Source: Oopsacas minuta
Lineage: Eukaryota > Animalia > Porifera
DNA length: 64,000 nucleotides
Direction: 5' to 3'
NCBI GenBank assembly: GCA_024704765.1
Contig: JAKMXF010000321.1
Location: forward strand, 62,001 to 126,000
A program made the position numbers and the translations under genes. Under the pieces are notes generated by a model. The model was not told the origin of the DNA, ran no database searches, and saw nothing but the letters and a program-made list of their open reading frames with translations. Positions 22,201 to 37,200 of this stretch are shown piece by piece. Each line of letters opens with the position of its first letter. Positions within the stretch are counted from its first letter, which is position 1.

Positions 22201-25200
22201 GGAAATCATATACAGACTATACAAGTAGAAGTACAGGAAGATAGAACATGGCCCAATAGAAATAAATTCTCCAGCCCTTTTGCATTAGCTCTAACAAATG
22301 AGTTAAATTTAGTTGTTTTGTCTAACTTTTCTCAATTTTCACTCAGAATATTTTCATGTATGAATTTGTAATATTTAATATTTGTGACTTATCCGATTAG
22401 AAAATGAACATCTCTAACAACCAAAATCATTCTTTACAATTTACTCTAGTATCATACAATACAAATTAAGTATACACAACAACAAATTTATGAATTAATT
22501 AGTAGTTTCAGTTCTCTAATTAGTTCCATATAGAACTACTAATCTGTAACTATGCCAACTAGCACAAGCCCCGATCGGACTTTAGAGCAGTGGTTCTCAA
22601 CCTTGGGTCCGCAGCCCTAAAATGTTTCGTTATGTTTATTGGCAGGGGTCCGCGGGCCCCATAAAATGGACCAAAAAGGTCCGCGGAAGAAAAAAGGTTG
22701 AGAGCCAGTGCTTTAGAACACGTCCCTTGGTTCCCCGCGCAATAACCATGTTGCTAAGTAACGCGTTGGAATGTTTACTTATCCGATATACATCATAAAT
22801 TTGTTTCTTATCCAGAATAAATAATTGTGTCCCCTAGAGTTTCACATAACTTATCAAACACTTCTTGCCTGTTAATTAAGCGTGTTAAAGTGTTAAAGGA
22901 GGTTTGTCACTATATTCACCCGTTAGTTAGTAAATATATTGTGTAATTTGAATAGTGACAATATTCATGTGGCGGTGGAGCTGAAACAAGTAACGATGGC
23001 CTAACAATAACAACAAACACAAACGCAAACCTGTCCCAGACTCTCCGGTCTGTGGCTGTAGCTCCACCAGTTGATGCCACATATCTTTAGCTGCTCGGGT
23101 GAAATATCCTATCTCAGCATTTGGATGTAGTCCGAACACGTCAGGGCCGTTAGCTAACGGCAGGCGCTCTATCTCGTCTCTGTAGTTATCCTTAGTTCCA
23201 AATTCAGGAATTTTATAATCCATCTGCGGACTCACGAAGAAGTGGAATGGTTGAAAGGTGTCGAAAATAAAATCACCGAAATATTCATCCATATAGGTTC
23301 TAAGGACTCTTCTATCGAAATTATCTATTGCTCTTCCTCCATACATAACCTACATTAAGAGGTGTTATAAACCGGAACTATAACCGGAAATAATTAGCCC
23401 TCACCTCTCCAATCAGGTACTTAAGAGACCCCCAAGGCATTTTAGGGTCCTTAGCCTCAAAAGCTTTGGTCAAATAAGTCTTCAGTAGTTCCATACAAAC
23501 TGTGAAATCTGACTCATTGAAATCGTAACTAATATTCCACCCTATGGTTCCATATTTCCTCCTCTCCTGTACCACAGCATGGAAGAACGCTAGGACATAC
23601 ACGAGGGGCTTGAAGGCAGTATGAGAGCAGTCCTCCAGAGCAGAGGGATGGATCTTATGGTAAGTGTTACGCATGTTAAGTTTGAGACCGTTAGGGGGTT
23701 CTGTGACAACTTTAAGTGATCTCTGTAGAATTGAGATTGGGAAGTCTGGTGTCGGGGCTGTGGTTAACCATAACCGGAAGTCAGGGTGTTGGTGTGTCAT
23801 CTTCTCTAGAGCCTTGTCTAGGTCTCTCAGCCATTTTACTAACAAGTGGCAGTTCTGTAAGAGGAGCCACTGTCCTCTCTGTGAAGCTGTCTCTAGCATT
23901 TGTAGAGCTAGTTTCTCTTGTCCCTGTCCCATAGCTAAGAACTTTAATCTACTTCCTCCAGCCCTAGAATAATATTATAGTAACATGTAGGCCTTGAAAA
24001 TTCCTCCCTCACTGAGGGGTGTAGCCGAATACCAACGAGGTAACTATGGAAACTGGTACATGACACGTCAGTTGGTGAATATATTCATGTAAAGAATGTT
24101 ATGTCCCCCGTCCAAGTGTGCTAAAAAGCAACTGACCCTATCCTGCCGGCTAATTTATGAAGCTCTCCAGCTGGATCAGCTCCAGGACTGAGTATAAAGA
24201 CTATAGGTGACAAACTAGTGGTCTTCTCAAACACCTGTTCGTATGATATAACAGGAGGAGTTACAAAACTCTCTCCCATTAGTTTAGTAATATAGTTAGT
24301 AATAGCTCTGTATATTCTGTCTACTCTGAAGCAGCGTAATACCAACAGCTGTTGGAGGTCTGTTAGACCGGTAGAATATGCTCCAGGAAGAGGTGTTACC
24401 TATTGTGATATACATGTGAATCAGAATGGACCATGAGTTATCATTGGTGACCCCATGACCGAACGATCCATGGTCCCTATGGTGTAAATATATTCCATAT
24501 ATGGTTATAATATGTGCTAACCTCTGGTGCGTCAGAATCGAACCAATTCTTCCAGCTGTTCTCACTTCTCTCTATTGAATCAGCTAAACCCCCAAACACC
24601 TCTGTATTAATCTGAGTTAGCTTTACAATGTCCTCCCATCCCTGGTCCGGGACCCAGGAGTACGGCTTACCCCGGGAGCTCTTCTCTAAGGAGATGTTAC
24701 CCTTCAGGAAGAAGTTGAGTTCCTCTTGGTTAAGACCTGATTCTGCTTCCTAATTAAGATAATATTAATAAACAACTAGTAAACAACTAGTAAACAAATA
24801 AGTAAACAAACTAACTACAGTAGAACATGTTAATACGAACGAATTTGTAGAATCAGCTGATGTTAGTATTAGCGAGGTTACACTATAACAAACAAACAAA
24901 CAAACCTGTATCTTAATAGTCATCTGAAAGGAGAACAACAACTTGTGTTCCTCAAATAATCCTGTACAAGCATAATGATAGACATTACCAGTTAGAGTCT
25001 CTATAATATTCTTAACTCTCTTCTTTACGTCATTACTTGGATTAGACTTCTTTAAGGAATGTTTGAAGAGCTCCAAATATGAATTCAGACTGTACTGGTA
25101 CATGGTGTTTATGCTAGCCATGTTAGACAGGACAAAGAATAGGACAGCTCCCCTCTTAGCTGCTGCTCTGTATAGGTTACGGAGATCTTCTATCTCTTTT

Positions 25201-28200
25201 GAGGTCTTGTCTGCTTCTGTTAATTTTACCATTACCTAAATTTATGTGTACGTGTTTGTTACATATTGTTTGTTTGTTTGTTTGTTTGTTAGTTTGTTTG
25301 TGTACTCGTTGATCAGGGGGGAGGAGCAACGGTCGGGCTAGTCAGGCCATTTCACCGCCCTTGTTTGTTTGTTTGTTTGTTGTTTATCCTATTGTTTACC
25401 TCATAAGCCTTAGTCTTAGTCTCTTCCAGTGTTTCTACTAACTCTACATTATCCAGCATATTCCCCTGACTACTAGCTAGCTCTCTAAGCAGTGTATCCT
25501 CCAGATCTTTTAACAACTTCTTGTTAATACTAGTCTGCTCGATTAATTCTTCCCTCGCTTTCTCCAATTCAGGACGTTCGTTCCCTACTATAACACTCAG
25601 AAGTTGGTCTTCCAGACCCTTGAGGGTGACTGTATAGTTGATAACCATAGCACGGGAGAATATGGCAGGAGTATATATTGGGTTAGCCAGTTTGGAGGTG
25701 AGATATAATCTAAAATTGGGATCATAGTCCACATCTTTGTCACCTAATCTTACTGTCAGCTGTTGACCTGATCCCTTGAGGTTCTTCCCTAACACGTCAT
25801 CTATAACAGGATCGATATAGCCCTCTACATCTTTGAATAGGAAAGGAGATCCGTACTTAATCGCTAGCTCCAGACTCTTGATGAAATCTGAGTCATTAAA
25901 GGTTGAAATCTACAAGTGTTAGATAATATATATAGTGTTATAATAACACCCCTGGGAGTAGCAATACATGTAACCGGTATAAATATACAGGAGTCTATGA
26001 GAATCCTATTCCAGAGGATGGTGCTTATAACCTTCTGTATTCGTATAATCTCTGTATAATTATAACAGGGGTTAGGAAGTATGTATCACCGTCCTATGCT
26101 TTTAGCCCTTTGATAAAGAAGTACGATGGACAAGGATACATTATCTAGTACAGCTATTAAGAGGGTATAGTGTATATGAATATATAACACCTTTAGGTTA
26201 GAATCAGCTTCCCTTCTCCTAATCCAGTTAATAGCTTGCTGTTGTGGATCTACACAGATAGGGAATCTTGATGCTCTGGTAGTTAGTATTCCATTCTGTA
26301 TGGATAGCTCATCAGGTGGCAGACCCTCTGAGGTCCATCTATAAAATGTGTCGATTTAAGTGGCAGGAATAGAGGCAAGGGATATTTCCCAATAATTAGG
26401 GCACAGTGTAACTTCCACACATGGGGGTGCTAGTGGCGCCGAAAAATGTTTACCCCGTTTCACCGTTAGTGGAGGTTAATTCTTATGGGGATAGGAATTC
26501 GCTTGATTTCTGTTCACTCCGTTTCCAGAGGTTCCACGTTGGTGGATGTTATACTGTCACAAACAACAAATAAAGATAATAAACAAACTTGCTAATTTCT
26601 ACATCATTTGTTAACAACTCTTCCAGTTTGAAAGGCTGTGATAAAGGAATAGATCTGTCGATTATATCGCTCTGAAAAATATTGAATACCATCTCTTCTC
26701 TGAAATCGTAGCTAAAGGCTCCTTCATAACTGAGGAAGGAGGAGGCCAGCATGCAGTCCCCGAGGAGACGTACCCTTTGTCCCTTCAGCTGTTCAAGATC
26801 CTCTCCCCATCTTTTCTTCTCGGATCCTAGTCCCGTTATGAGTTTGTCTGCAGCGATGAGACGGCGTTCCATTATAGCGGTCTCTTCTTCTAACTCACGT
26901 TTGTCATTCATAGCTTCTTCGTATCTAAACAAAACACGAATATAAATACAGATAACCCCCCCGTTATATAGAAGCACAAGGGACCTTGTAGGTGTTATAA
27001 TATGGAACTAACTTTTTAGATAGTTCAGCTAGCATCTTAGTAATCAAATCCAATTCCTTATTAATCTTCTCCAGATCTCTCTTACTGACCTGATACTCAT
27101 GTTCCAACTTTGCTACCCTCTCTCTCTTTGGCTTAATTTTCTTAGCCACGTCACAATATCCGAGTACAGCACATACGAATGTGTATAGTCCTGCCCCCGC
27201 ATGAGATTTTAACTCCATTGCCTCAAGAGTTATGCCCTCCTTGTCAAGGGTAGCGGTGATCTTGTTTGCTTCTTTAACCTAGTAAACAAGTCAATAATAA
27301 CAATATTTAACATCATTTTGAATTATAGGCAATAGGTGCGAAAATATGATTAATCATATGAGAAATAATTATATCACATAGCAAGAAGCTTCATTCTGAT
27401 TGGTCTACTCAACCTCTTTATCTTTGATGTTATCAACATCCAAATGCTGTAGACTCTGTAAGAAATTAGTATCAGACATCATTCCTCTACAAGTCTTCCA
27501 ATCAGCTGATTTGTACCCTTTAAGGTATGCCACACATGCACACACGTACTGGACAGCTTGAGGGGGATTAGCGAACTGACGGATCTCAGTCACATCCTCC
27601 TTGTTGAGTCTCTCCAGGGCTTTTCTAGCCCTCTCAAGGGCGGGCAGTGCTTCCGCGAGCTGTTCCTCCGCGTCTGTCTTCTCAACAGCGATTACTATCA
27701 GAAAATGTAGAGTCATACTCGTTCACTATTTTTTAGCTATAGTAAATGCATTGATTCACTATTTTTAAACTAACCTTTATTCTGCTCTTCTATTTCCGCA
27801 CTTTTCTTCTCAGCTAATTCCTTCTTAACCTTAGCTTCAGCTGTTTTGCTAGAAATCTCTTCTAACAGTTCTTCACAAGCCTGGGTTTTGGCGCTCACTG
27901 CCACTCTTTGGACCTCTAATTTAGCGTTTAAGTGGTTTAACTGGGTGGTAGCGTCAATAATCTTAGACATGCCACCTTCCAATCTTTTGCATTGGTCCAT
28001 CATCAATTTGTCTTTACTCTCAAGTAAACCTAAATATGATTAATCAACAACATACCAGGATAATTTCCCTAACAACCATATACCTGAATAGGAATTTATA
28101 TAGTCTAGATAGTTCTTAGGTGTCACGTGGTTAACTCTCCGCCACTTTTCAAGATATTTCTTAGAATACTCCGATACACTCAGGTGCACAAATACAACAT

Positions 28201-31200
28201 GCTCCACTACCTGGTCTCGATTGGCTTCTGGTACCAAATTGACCTCTGTCAAGAAGGCTTTACCTACCGCGTGGAGTGCCTGTTTAGGCCAAGGCATGAA
28301 CCAATCAATGACAGTACAATTTACGAGGCCTGGGAAGTTCCTGCATCTTCTCCGGAGGTTCTCACCAGCTGGAGACATAGCTAGGACTATATGGAGGTTG
28401 TTTGACGATTTCTGTATGAAGTAGGTCCAACAGGATTCCTTGGTCTGTGGTAATCCCAAGTTCTTAACCTCGTTACGGACCTACAGGATTGGAATGTGTG
28501 TATATAAATGCATAAATGGGAATACTATATAATGTCAAAGCTTCTAATCTAATCTAAACATTGCTTTTATCACCATAAAGGTGTGATATTATACACATTA
28601 GAATAATTCTATATCTGAGGTGCATATCTACACCCAAATGTACTAATATATTTCTCAGGACACCGCCTACGAACGGACGGATGCGCTACATCGTCCATGC
28701 CAATATGGACAGTTCCAATTTGAAGGTACAATCTTATCCTCACCTGTCCAATGAGAGCCTCCTTTTCATCATCAGGGAAGAGGGCAGGCACCATACCGGA
28801 AGTAAGCATATTATTAATTAATTCCAGAAAGCCTTCCTGAGCGACGTGCGCATCTGTAAACAAAAATACCACTTTCTTATTCTCACTACCCAGCATTCTA
28901 TACAGGCTCTTAAGGTCCTCTCTGAATTCTGTCTCTCCGTAACCTCTACTAAGTTGTATCTCAAATACCTAACATTCAATTAGTCAACATGGTAACTAAG
29001 GTGTGAAATAATAAGTAAATAACAACAAACCTCACATCCAGCAGCAAATGCAGCTAATCTAGTCAAACTCTGTTTACCTGATCCACCAACACCTACTAGT
29101 AAGCAATGTCCTAAATTCATCCTAACTACTCTGTGTATCCTTGTCAGATGGTCGAGAGCATCATCAAATAGCACCAGGTTCATGGGGGAGTGATCCGCAC
29201 TGTATTCCTCCATGATCTCCTGGAATAGAGCCTTAGCAACGTCATAGTCCTACAAATATGTGTATACATATACAATTTGTAGTGTAGTGTAACATACAAT
29301 AAACTCCTATTATATCTAAGCTGAAGGGACGGCGATCATTACTCCGGTATAACTGATGGAATATGTTACTGTAACGGTTTGGGACCATATTTGTACAAAT
29401 TCACACTTGGATACAAGCGGGTAATTCTATATATCTGTGTTTGATATAACGGGAGTTGACTTTAGAATATTCAAAAGACTGCTTTGTGAGGTCTTTGGTA
29501 GCAGTGCCAAGGGGAGGAGGACTAAAGGGGGCCCTCAAGCACGCCCCTTCCAATCCTGGATCCGCCATTGAGTGCTGAAGTTGACACAACAACAAGAGAG
29601 ACAAATACAAACACATACAAACACATACAAACAATCAATTACCTGAATATTCTCATAAATGCGTGGTTTATCAGGCTGCAGGGATGTTCTATAATCTCCA
29701 AACAATATCGGTTCAATACAAACATACTCTGCATAATCCTTAAAGTTCTCTTCCAGTAATTCAAAGATTTTCCCCTTCACGTATTCCTTATCTTTCTCAT
29801 TGGTAAGTCTATCTGAAAATATTCTCAAACATTCATTGCGCCAGACTCTCACCAACTCTTTCGGCGCGTTAAAGCGATCGGGTATAGTTAGATAAAGCCC
29901 GTGGTAGATACGTGACAAGTCTCTTAAGTTGAATATATAATGAAACTTTGAAGGTGTTGGTGGAAGTTCCATTACAATTTGGTCATATAACTTCATTGTT
30001 ACTTTTGTCAATATAGTTGATAATTCTTGTACCTCACTCTTAAATGGGGCAAGATGTCCAATGAGGAGAGAGTTATAAATATGGAACAATGAATCATTTG
30101 AAGGGAAGGTAACGTGAAAAACAGAAAACAGTGAAATGAATCTCGGATCAACCTCGTTTCGACCGCCACCAGCTTTCCCCATAGCAGCTAGATACCTGAT
30201 GTCCTTAAAATGTTTATAATTAAGATCTTTCCCTCGATCATACATCCCACCTCTCTCCAGCAATAACTTGAGTATAGCAATAGGCTGTTGTGTGCCATAC
30301 CTGTCAACTTGTGGCATATTCATGTCATCAATGAATACCAGAAGTTTCTTACCAATAGGAGGCCCATATGTGTCCTTAGTTCTCTTTTCAACATTCGTTT
30401 CTAATGTTCGCTGTACGTCCATGGAAGAAGTTCTCGAGGAGAAGTTTAAATTCAGTATCATGTATTTTTCAGTGTCGAGCGAGCGAAGATAGTTGGCAAT
30501 TGTCGCCGTTTTTGAAGTTCCAGTTTCACCAACCAGGACAACAGGACGATTAATTTTAAGCATAAGCTGTAGCAGCCATGTGATTCGTTGAGTGTCAATA
30601 GTTGGTACTAAAATCTCTGTGAACCTCTTGGTACAATCATGGACGTATTCGGGGACCAATTGGGACCATGGTACCCATAATTTCTGTTTAGAATCGTAAT
30701 AATATTGGTAGAGGGTATCGAGAGCAGTTGGGAACTCTCCAGCCTGCGCTGAAGCCCCTGAACTAGGATTTGAAGGTAGATTTGATAATCTTTTGCACAT
30801 TTGGTCAAATTTTATCCTCCCATCTTCCAACAAAACTGCTCCAACCGACCAATAGAGTGCCTGTAGAAAATAAGCCTCCAATTCTTCTGGACTCAATCCG
30901 AGACCTTCATCGTTTTCTACAGTTTTCTCATCCATATCCGGTAACAACGCGTCTAGAAGGTGTGATAATTGTGTCACCATGTTCAGGTTTGTGATAGGAG
31001 CAATAGTAGGAAGTTTCTCTTCGGCTCTACCATCTACAAAGCCTTCCAGAATCATTGAAATATTTGCAGGGACATATTTCTCAAAGAGTGTAATCAAAGT
31101 TGTCCTATCTTCTTTCCCAGAACGAGCATTCACCCATTTCTTCCAAAATGGGAGATATCCCAGATCTTTAGGGTCAACATACACCATGCCACACCTCGAC

Positions 31201-34200
31201 ACAGTCGACGGGGAAGCATATTGTAAATCAAACACCTCAACTAGTAAGGCACAATGTTTCTGCAACCTGATCCTCTCACCGTTAGCTAGTGTCAATAGTT
31301 TATTATCGTCCATTACGGAATTCATGTTCTCCACCCACAGAGAATCTACGTCACCATCAAATACTATGTATCTCCTTTCTTGCTTATCTGTTGGATGGTT
31401 AATCTCTCGGAATATATTAGATAACAATCCGTCAGTCCAGTCACGTGTAATCGGATCTAACACCCCGTATAGTTCTATAACACTACAAGCCTTAGGATTC
31501 AGAGTGTACAGTTTCGTGTTTAACCCGAGTTTGGTTTGAGCGCGAGCTAAAGTGTTGATGACGACACTTTTTCCACCACCAGTAGGACCCACAACCATGG
31601 TAGTGTGTCGTGTTAACATGGTCTCATAGAGCTGAACCACTTTATCAGCTTGATTCTCTAGGAGTATATATTTATGTTCTTCCAGACAACTCTCCACTGC
31701 ATCGTTAAAATTAGGATATCTGACCCTTGGACAATCCAGACCAGGGAAAAGGTCCCCAATAAGACCAAGGAACAGGGGAACATCTTCAAATATGAATTTG
31801 GGTAAATTCATGTCACGGAGAGCTCGCATTAGCACAACGTCTTCTTCAAGATCTAGCGCGCCTCTTTTCAATTCACCCGCCATAACAAGGACGGCTTTAA
31901 GGGCGCGTAAACCGAAATCATAATGATACTGTCTAGACAGCTGTCCCTGTGACAACTTGTAAAGCACAGTCATTTTCTTAGCCAACACTTTAGCCATCAT
32001 GAACCCCTCTGAGAATAGCATAATCTCACAAATCTGCATCATATCCGGAACAATAACAACAACAGGTCTAAATAATGCTTTCACACTCTCTGGGAGCTCT
32101 GTCCTACCGGCATAACCTGGGTTCATGGTAATAAATATCCCCATACGGTCATCTAATGCTATATCGATACCTTCGAACTGGAATCTCTCAAGTCCCATTA
32201 ATAACGCATTCTGTATAGTTTTTATCTGTGTAGATATGACTGATAACACAGATATATCGATACGGTTAAACTCATCAAAACAGCCCCACGCGCCACACTG
32301 CGCCAAACCAGAAAACAATTTCCCAACAGCTTTATAGTCCATTCCTTCTCCACAATTGGTAACTACGCAAAATAATCCCATAGCCTTGGCAAGGTCTTTA
32401 ACTGTTTCAGTTTTCCCTGTGCCAGCTGGTCCTGCCGGTGCTCCACCAAGCCGAGCAGACAGTGCTTGTGTCATTGTTAAATATATCCTATCAGTAAGAG
32501 GTGTGATAACCAATCGACCATTTAGCCCCATGTACTCGTACCCATATCCAAAGTTCCCTGTACACTGCTTAACGATGAGATTATCCTCTGACTGCTCCCA
32601 ATAAAATCGCAACTGTGACTCCCACTCGAATTCCCTAGCGTCCATGATAGAATCCCTCACGAACCGATCCGTTATATCTCTATTATGAACATCTACAATT
32701 AGAAGAGAGTTAAACTTCTTCCGATCATTCTTGGTTAATTGTGATCTAATTTTAACTACTGTATCATCGATTTGAGAGTGTAGTTTCTTGCTGTATGTCT
32801 TCAAACCCATTTTATCACCTCTCTTGATCTTATTAAACACATCCTCAACTTCCCAGGTCCACCAGACCTGATTAGAGGAGAGGATAACCATCCCTTGGTA
32901 ACTGTTAACCCACTCAATTCGTGTCTTCCCTTCATAGCAATAATAGAAAATTGCTTCTTTTGTAAGAATCCGGTTAGAACGTCGCATTTCCTGGAGTATC
33001 TGTGTCATCCAGTGCTCTACCTTCCCCTCCGGACGGACATGGGTTCTAAAATCGATTTCCTCACCCTCAGAGGACACCATTCCGGCAGCTATCGGGTCAC
33101 CGGTTGAACCGGTTTGGAATTTTAACTTGGCAATGTTGTCAAACATTTTGATCATATGTTCTTGTACAGCTGTACACTCATGTGATCCTAGAATAGATAA
33201 TAACTCCTCGTCTGAAATAAAGAAAAATCTGGGAAAAGCGTTTCGTTTTGAGTCTAAATAGTCGTTTAAACTTTTCTGACACTTTTCCATGCCACTTAAC
33301 ACCATTTGTAATTCTTGAAGTCTGACATCTTGGTGGCACGCTTCCACCACTTTTGGGTTCTTAAAGGTGTCGACCATAATTTTCTTAAAAGTCTTATCTA
33401 AACTGTCAAATTTCTTCGCCTCCTCAGGCAATTGTGTCCTGATGTCTCCACCAATAAAAATAGATTCTAGATACATCCACTTCCTCTGAACATTCATCCA
33501 CACGTCCACCACCTCGCTCACATGTGAAAGGGATTTCTCCCATCTTTGTACCCGCTCAAAGAATGGCATTACGTATCTGGAGGCTGACATGCTCTGTAAA
33601 TTCATTGCATTATCATCCAGAGCTTGTAATATGTCGTCTATAGCACCCAGGATTATGCCACGTTCCTCTGTGCCCTTCATGTATCTAAGGAGAGATATGT
33701 TATTTAACTTGTTTGTTAGTTAGTTTATTTGTTTGTTTGCTTGTTTGTTTGTTGTTGTTGGTTGGTATATTTGTTTGTTTGTCTGTGCGTTTTGTTAGCT
33801 AGTTTATTTGTTTATTTGTTTATTTGTATATTCCATCACAACAACTAACTTTAAAGTAGTAAACGTCAGATCTCTCCATATCTCTTCAACTTCAGCTAGC
33901 CCTTTCTCAATACTCATTTCTTTAGCAGCGCTAATCACAATATCCTCAATTACTTCTTGGAATCTGTGTAGTTCCATAGAGAATAAATTAGCTAGTGTGA
34001 ATGTATCAGGACTCATGTCAAATGATTTCCCTGTCTCAGACATTAACCTCTCCCAGTGGCGGTCCCTCATTGCATCGGTTTTAAGATTTCCAATGAGTGG
34101 AAGAGAATTTCTGAATTCTTTCATTTTCTCGTCTAAAGTTTGACACACAAGCATAGCTTTTATTTCTTTAGGGAACTTCCTTAACAATTTAATGTACTCG

Positions 34201-37200
34201 TCTATCCCATCGGTAAGAGTCTTCATATTCAAATTGGCCCATAGAGTGTTAGCCCACTCCTCCCTTGTCCTCTTTTGGTCCTCATAGAGGGAGTATATCT
34301 TGTCCAGGGCTTTGATCTCTCTGTCCACCTCAAGGAGTTCAGGAAATGAAGTTATTTGTAAATCGAATAGTTTCTCAGCTTTTGCTAATTCGACCCTCTG
34401 GACTTCAAGCTCAGCCTGTTGTTGTTTATAAGCCTTCATAACAGACAGACCATGGTCCAATTCAGCACCCACCGAACTGGGACCCTCCTCTTTAAACTTT
34501 TTGTTGAAATCAGAAGCGACTGAAGTGAAGTCTGTCACCTGTTTGAGTGTTATTTTCGTGAATTGGCGCTTAACTGGAACTAAAGATCTATTTGTTGATT
34601 TTGTTGTCCTCAACAGTTCCAACCAGCGTTCCTCTAAATTGTCACAAAGTGCTTGTTCCTCTCCTGGTACTTCTATCTTATACATTCCTAATGTACGATG
34701 CCGTTCCTATGGTAGCAAACAATTAAATCACTTCAAAATGTGACATCACTCTCCTTGGACAAAAGAGGAGTGGGGATTTGTGAATATTTCGCTATCTATA
34801 CTGTAACCATGGTAACATTCCGTAGTCTCCCTTACATGCATACTACCAATTGTCATACTTTCTAGCGGTTCACTTTACAGGAATTTGTGATGTTTATCCT
34901 GAAACTTGCCAGAAGTGGAAATGACCACAAAATATGACCTCTCACCACTCATGAGCGTACAATAAACTCCTGTCATATCGAAGACCGCGATAATTACTCA
35001 GATGTAACTGATGAAATATGTTACTTTCACAGTTTGGAACCATATTTGTACAATTCACACTTCGATATGAGCGGGTATTTCTATTATTAGATATGACAGG
35101 AGTTGATTATATATATATATATATATATGATATTTCTATAATTAGTAACAATCTACCTGAATATCTCTGTACTGCATCTCTACTTCAACAGACATATCTT
35201 TGATGTCAGATATTTTCTGTAATACAAATTTCAGGTTCTCCAAGGTGTCAGGTGGCTGATTCAGATCCTGTGATAATTGTGTCAGTTCTCCGGACAATCG
35301 TAGCAACGCTTCTTTAGCTGCTGTATTCAATAACCCGCCTAATGGTACAGGAAGGTGTGATAAACTGGAACCAAGAATATGTATGGTAACATATGGTGTT
35401 ATGATATGGAACTATAGGAGAATAGGGTCAACCATTCTAATAGTGATATACTTAATTGGACCAACGCCTAACTTCGACCTCATGGGATCAAAATGGAATA
35501 GCCTGGGTATGAACCTTGGTCCGCAGGGTTTCCTATACGATAGTTCCAATAGGAACTAACCTAATGACTTAATCCAATTCTGAATATAATTCTGAACAGA
35601 ATTTGCAAGAGAACTCAAATCCAGCTGTATACATCTTATACGTTGAAACTCTGGAGATTGATTGGCTGCCTCAAGCCATCGAACAGCTGATTGCAGTCTG
35701 TAATCAAACTGAATTACAGACAATTTCTTCTGAGCTATTTTCTCTATGTCTTTCTGTTGCTGCCACAAATGTCTGTATCTGTCAAATACTCACCATGGTT
35801 ACGAGATATGTTAAATGGTATGTTAATACAATAATATAACTGATAAAGCAAACAAATTTGACTGTCCGTTGGTGTTCATATTAACAAGGTTACACTGTAT
35901 GTGATATTAATTGAAGTAAAGGTGTCAAAAGTGGCTTATATTTATAAGCTAACAACCTCATCTTCCATTTGGAATGCAAATATTGCTCGATATCAATTCT
36001 AGATCCTTGACAGCTAAGAATAACATTTGCAACAAGTTCAGCTATATCAGGATTGTTCTGTAGATCTTGGAAGAATGAGTACACATATGGTTCATCTTCC
36101 CCCTCTACTGGTTGAGGTGGTGCTTCCATACACGTGCCATGTAGCCACCTGATAAACACCTTTGTTCCTTCAACGAATGCGCGTACCTTTATGAGTATAA
36201 TAACCAATCAAATAACAGAATAACATATCGATAAACCTCTTCAACAGGAAGTAGGATAAGGTTCGGTTGGTCAATCTGACCACTTATAATCTGCTTTCTA
36301 CCTCCCTGCTCAAGTGGCACAGATCCATCTCTTACTTTAAAGATGTGAAAAACTTCGAGTATAAATTCCAAAAATTTGGTGTCTTAATCTCTAAAGGTGT
36401 GAACAAGACACAGTAAACACCACTATTAATATAATATTACCAGATTAGTGTATAGCTTGTATATCTCAGAAGCAGGTGGATGTATAACAATCTCTGGTAC
36501 AGATAGGATAGAGTCAATGGAGAAGAGAGGATCTCCTCTATCAGATTCTATACACTCAAACAAGTTAGACAAGTTATCACATAACATATTCAGTATAGCT
36601 GTGTATATGTTCCTCTCCCAATATCTGTAATAGTTGCTCATCTTAGGGGAACAACCTAAGAGACCATAAATGAGACAATATAACAATTGACAAATTGGTT
36701 CCTCTATATGCTTATTAGGTAATTCACCATGGATAGTGGATATCGGAATCCCATCATCCATGGTTAATAGCTAATAAACAAGCAAGCTTAGCTTACTTGC
36801 CTTACACGGCACGCGAACACTTCATGTCCGCTGGTTGCATTATATACATGAACTTAGTTACATGTTTAACCAATTGCCATTTGAAGAATTTGGCACAAAA
36901 GGAACCATTGTAGCGGGACCAATTTCGAATTTGGGAAATGGGAAGGTTCTAAGTTGTCGTGTATGTAATTCAGAGTGGCATAGAAAGTGTCACATGATAC
37001 ATTAGGTGTGAGGATGAGATTAGGAAATCTAAAGTTAACATTCTCAACAGTTACAGTTTGACAAAAGAGATTACTCTAACTTTTCAATAAAATACTAGAA
37101 TCCTATTTCTTGTAATTAATTACATTTTCACGCCTTTCTGCGGGTGTGCAAAATACCCCATCCTGTCGATGGGCAAAATTCATTATTAACTCAAGTTGTC

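Larger units (their letters stand above)
20733..22983 (+). repeat. Inverted segmental duplicate of 41024..43773, inside DNAH10 intron 20629..23030
   Basis: 20733..22566 aligns to the reverse complement of 43773..41937. After a MITE, 22720..22776 matches about 41650..41579 and 22871..22983 matches about 41146..41024. Confidence 0.9.

Noticed and set aside
35008-35014. CTGATGA hammerhead-like core in a DNAH10 intronic repeat
   Set aside because: No GAAA after the putative stem II, and the sister copy at 29352 has CTGATGG.
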